Assembly (NCBI GenBank): GCA_964651645.1
Contig: CAZYVW010000001.1
Span: forward strand, 1 to 34,958
Direction: 5' to 3'
Origin: an uncultured Candidatus Saccharibacteria bacterium
GTDB lineage: Bacteria; Patescibacteriota; Saccharimonadia; Saccharimonadales; CAZYVW01
Length of the DNA: 34,958 bases
Position 1 is the first letter of the stretch. Each line of letters starts with the position of its first letter. The translations under genes and the position numbers were made by a program. Below, in pieces: positions 33,481 to 34,958 of the stretch. Under the pieces are notes generated by a model. The model made no database searches. It saw nothing but the letters and a program-made list of their open reading frames with translations, and was not told the DNA's origin.

Positions 33481-34958
33481 TGAAAAAGTCTTTTCGCATT
33501 TTGGCAGTTATTTTTTTCTACCTAGTGATTATTGTTGGCGGGCTGTTTATCCAAAATAAGGCTACCCAAGCTGCCTTTAACCCTAATAACGTGATTGACG
33601 ATTACACCTATGAAAATATCAACACCATGAATGCCGGCCAGATTGACGCGTTCCTGAATTCATTCCCTTCAAGTTGTTTGAGCACCAATCATGGCTTTAC
33701 GACGCCAGACCCTACTGGCTGGTCAGCAGCTTCAGGAAACGTCAACCACGGCTATACCTTTGGTGGAAATGTTACTGCCGGGACTGCCATATACCATACT
33801 GCGCAAATCTATCACGTCAATCCACAAGTTATATTGGCTACGCTCCAGTATGAACAAGCTGTGGTAACCGGTTCAGCTGGCTGCCACCTCACTACCCCCG
33901 ACTCATCTAGTACTTACACTTGTGACCTTTGGCACAATGGCGGCTCACATACTTGCACCACAGCCTGCCCATTTGCTGGCGGCTGTGTCCCGATTGCTAT
34001 GAGCAACCAGTGCGACGCCGGCAACTGCGACGCCACGTATGAAGGCTTCAGCTTACAGCTCTTATCAGGAACCTGGTTGGAGCGTTTTGGGCAAGAACGG
34101 GCTTATGGCCTATTAACTGGTTATCCTGGCCATGATCCGGGGGATGAAAACATTACATATGGCGGACCAATGACTCAAGGCAATCGCCAGCGAGTAGCCG
34201 GTGGCTCCAACGATTATTATGACGGAACCTATGTAGTCAATGGGCAGACATTGACCATGACCAACGGCGCCACGGCGGCTCGTTATTATTACATTCCCAG
34301 CATTGGCGGTAACCAAAGTTTTGTGAATACCTTTGAAGGTTGGTTTGGATCGACTATCAACGGCTGTGTGCTTTGGTCACTGCCTTCACCCGGACCCAAA
34401 GGCGCGCATTCTAAGAAAGTCGGCGATTACAATGGTGATGGCGTCACTGACATTGCAGTTTATAGCCCGAGTATTGGTTGTTGGCACGTAAGGGCTAATG
34501 GCGATGCCAGCTACGGCAACAGCGGTGATATCCCAGTACCAGGCGATTATAGCGGTTACGGCATGACAGAAGTGGCCGTCTACCGGCCGAGTGACGGTAC
34601 TTGGCATATCCGCGGTGTCGGCGACTACACTTACGGCAATAGCGGTGATATCCCAGTGCCGGCTGATTACAATGGCGATGGCGTGACAGATGCGGCCGTC
34701 TATAGGCCGAGCGACGGTACTTGGCATATCCGCGGTGTTGGTGACTTTAGTCACGGCCAAAGCGGTGATATTCCAGTGCCTGGTGATTACAACGGCGACG
34801 GTCGGGCAGATGTTGCTGTTTACCGGCCAGTCGATGGCAGTTGGCGTATCCGCGGCGTCGGAGATTTCCCTTACGGCGCGTCCACGGATATTCCAGTGCC
34901 TGGTGATTACAACGGCGATGGCCGGACAGACGCGGCCGTATTCCGTCCCGGCAATGGC
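33480..34958 (+). CDS. secreted protein with a possibly cell-wall-hydrolase-like N-terminal domain and FG-GAP/VCBS-type repeats (3' end outside the window)
   Basis: This ORF is absent from the track because it is open-ended. ATG 33480 overlaps the previous stop (TAATG), and the frame stays open for 493 codons to the window edge. A signal or anchor sequence is present (MKKSFRILAVIFFYLVIIVGGLFI). The motif YHVNPQVILATLQYEQAVVTG recalls the NPQVLL..LQKEQ motif that I associate with some cell-wall hydrolases. The C-terminus consists of GDYNGDG.TD.AVYRPSDGTWHIRG repeats. Confidence 0.7.
   Translation, partial: MKKSFRILAVIFFYLVIIVGGLFIQNKATQAAFNPNNVIDDYTYENINTMNAGQIDAFLNSFPSSCLSTNHGFTTPDPTGWSAASGNVNHGYTFGGNVTAGTAIYHTAQIYHVNPQVILATLQYEQAVVTGSAGCHLTTPDSSSTYTCDLWHNGGSHTCTTACPFAGGCVPIAMSNQCDAGNCDATYEGFSLQLLSGTWLERFGQERAYGLLTGYPGHDPGDENITYGGPMTQGNRQRVAGGSNDYYDGTYVVNGQTLTMTNGATAARYYYIPSIGGNQSFVNTFEGWFGSTINGCVLWSLPSPGPKGAHSKKVGDYNGDGVTDIAVYSPSIGCWHVRANGDASYGNSGDIPVPGDYSGYGMTEVAVYRPSDGTWHIRGVGDYTYGNSGDIPVPADYNGDGVTDAAVYRPSDGTWHIRGVGDFSHGQSGDIPVPGDYNGDGRADVAVYRPVDGSWRIRGVGDFPYGASTDIPVPGDYNGDGRTDAAVFRPGNG
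34425..34958 (+). repeat. in-frame tandem repeat, period exactly 120 nt (40 aa), at least 4.4 copies, truncated by the window edge
   Basis: GATTA(C/T) unit starts fall at 34425, 34545, 34665, 34785 and 34905. Long identical nucleotide runs occur between units, for example ggtacttggcatatccgcggtgt and agcggtgatat(c/t)ccagtgcc. Confidence 0.9.

Noticed and set aside
34386-34760. Minus-strand ORF of 124 aa inside the FG-GAP repeat region
   Set aside because: It is a shadow ORF created by the repetitive GC-rich codons. The plus-strand frame gives textbook FG-GAP/VCBS repeats and is continuous with the upstream signal-peptide-bearing ORF.
34425-34958. The 120-nt tandem repeats as a CRISPR array or a diversity-generating retroelement target
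   Set aside because: The units are contiguous, in-frame and coding, with no repeat-spacer alternation. Differences between units are not biased to adenine positions. No reverse transcriptase or template repeat is present in the window.
1-34958. The locus as a mobile genomic island or prophage
   Set aside because: I could not recognise an integrase, transposase, tRNA attachment site, flanking direct repeats or phage structural genes. Gene content is coherent envelope biosynthesis.

Overview
The window is gene-dense (about 35 CDS, many with 1-8 nt overlaps). It has no rRNA, tRNA, CRISPR array, transposase or integrase that I can recognise. Almost all of it (about 1.6-32.8 kb) is one cell-envelope glycan locus. 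It encodes a WbaP-type initiating phosphotransferase, a Wzy_C/O-antigen-ligase-like protein and a GT4. It also encodes a complete dTDP-L-rhamnose operon (rfbB-C-D-A), a phosphohexomutase, a small cytidylyl/adenylyltransferase and a nucleotide-sugar dehydrogenase. There is a TylCIII-like sugar C-methyltransferase with an extended SDR and a second methyltransferase. There are two GtrA proteins, three polyprenyl-phosphate-sugar-synthase-like GT2 proteins (one with its catalytic acidic motifs replaced) and four further large polytopic membrane proteins that could be GT-C-type transferases. A membrane-anchored S8 peptidase is translationally coupled to the rhamnose operon. The right end encodes a Pro/Thr-rich anchored protein and a secreted, possibly cell-wall-hydrolase-like protein with FG-GAP-type repeats of exactly 120 nt. 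The left end carries a LexA-type DNA-binding-domain protein without the peptidase domain, plus an unrecognised partial gene. The clearest non-coding signal is a -10-like hexamer 6-10 nt upstream of the first start codon of most transcription units, with no Shine-Dalgarno sequence, which suggests leaderless mRNAs. Gene content and compactness are compatible with a small-genome Patescibacteria/CPR (Saccharibacteria-like) organism, but that is inference only. All family calls come from motif recognition by eye, not from searches.
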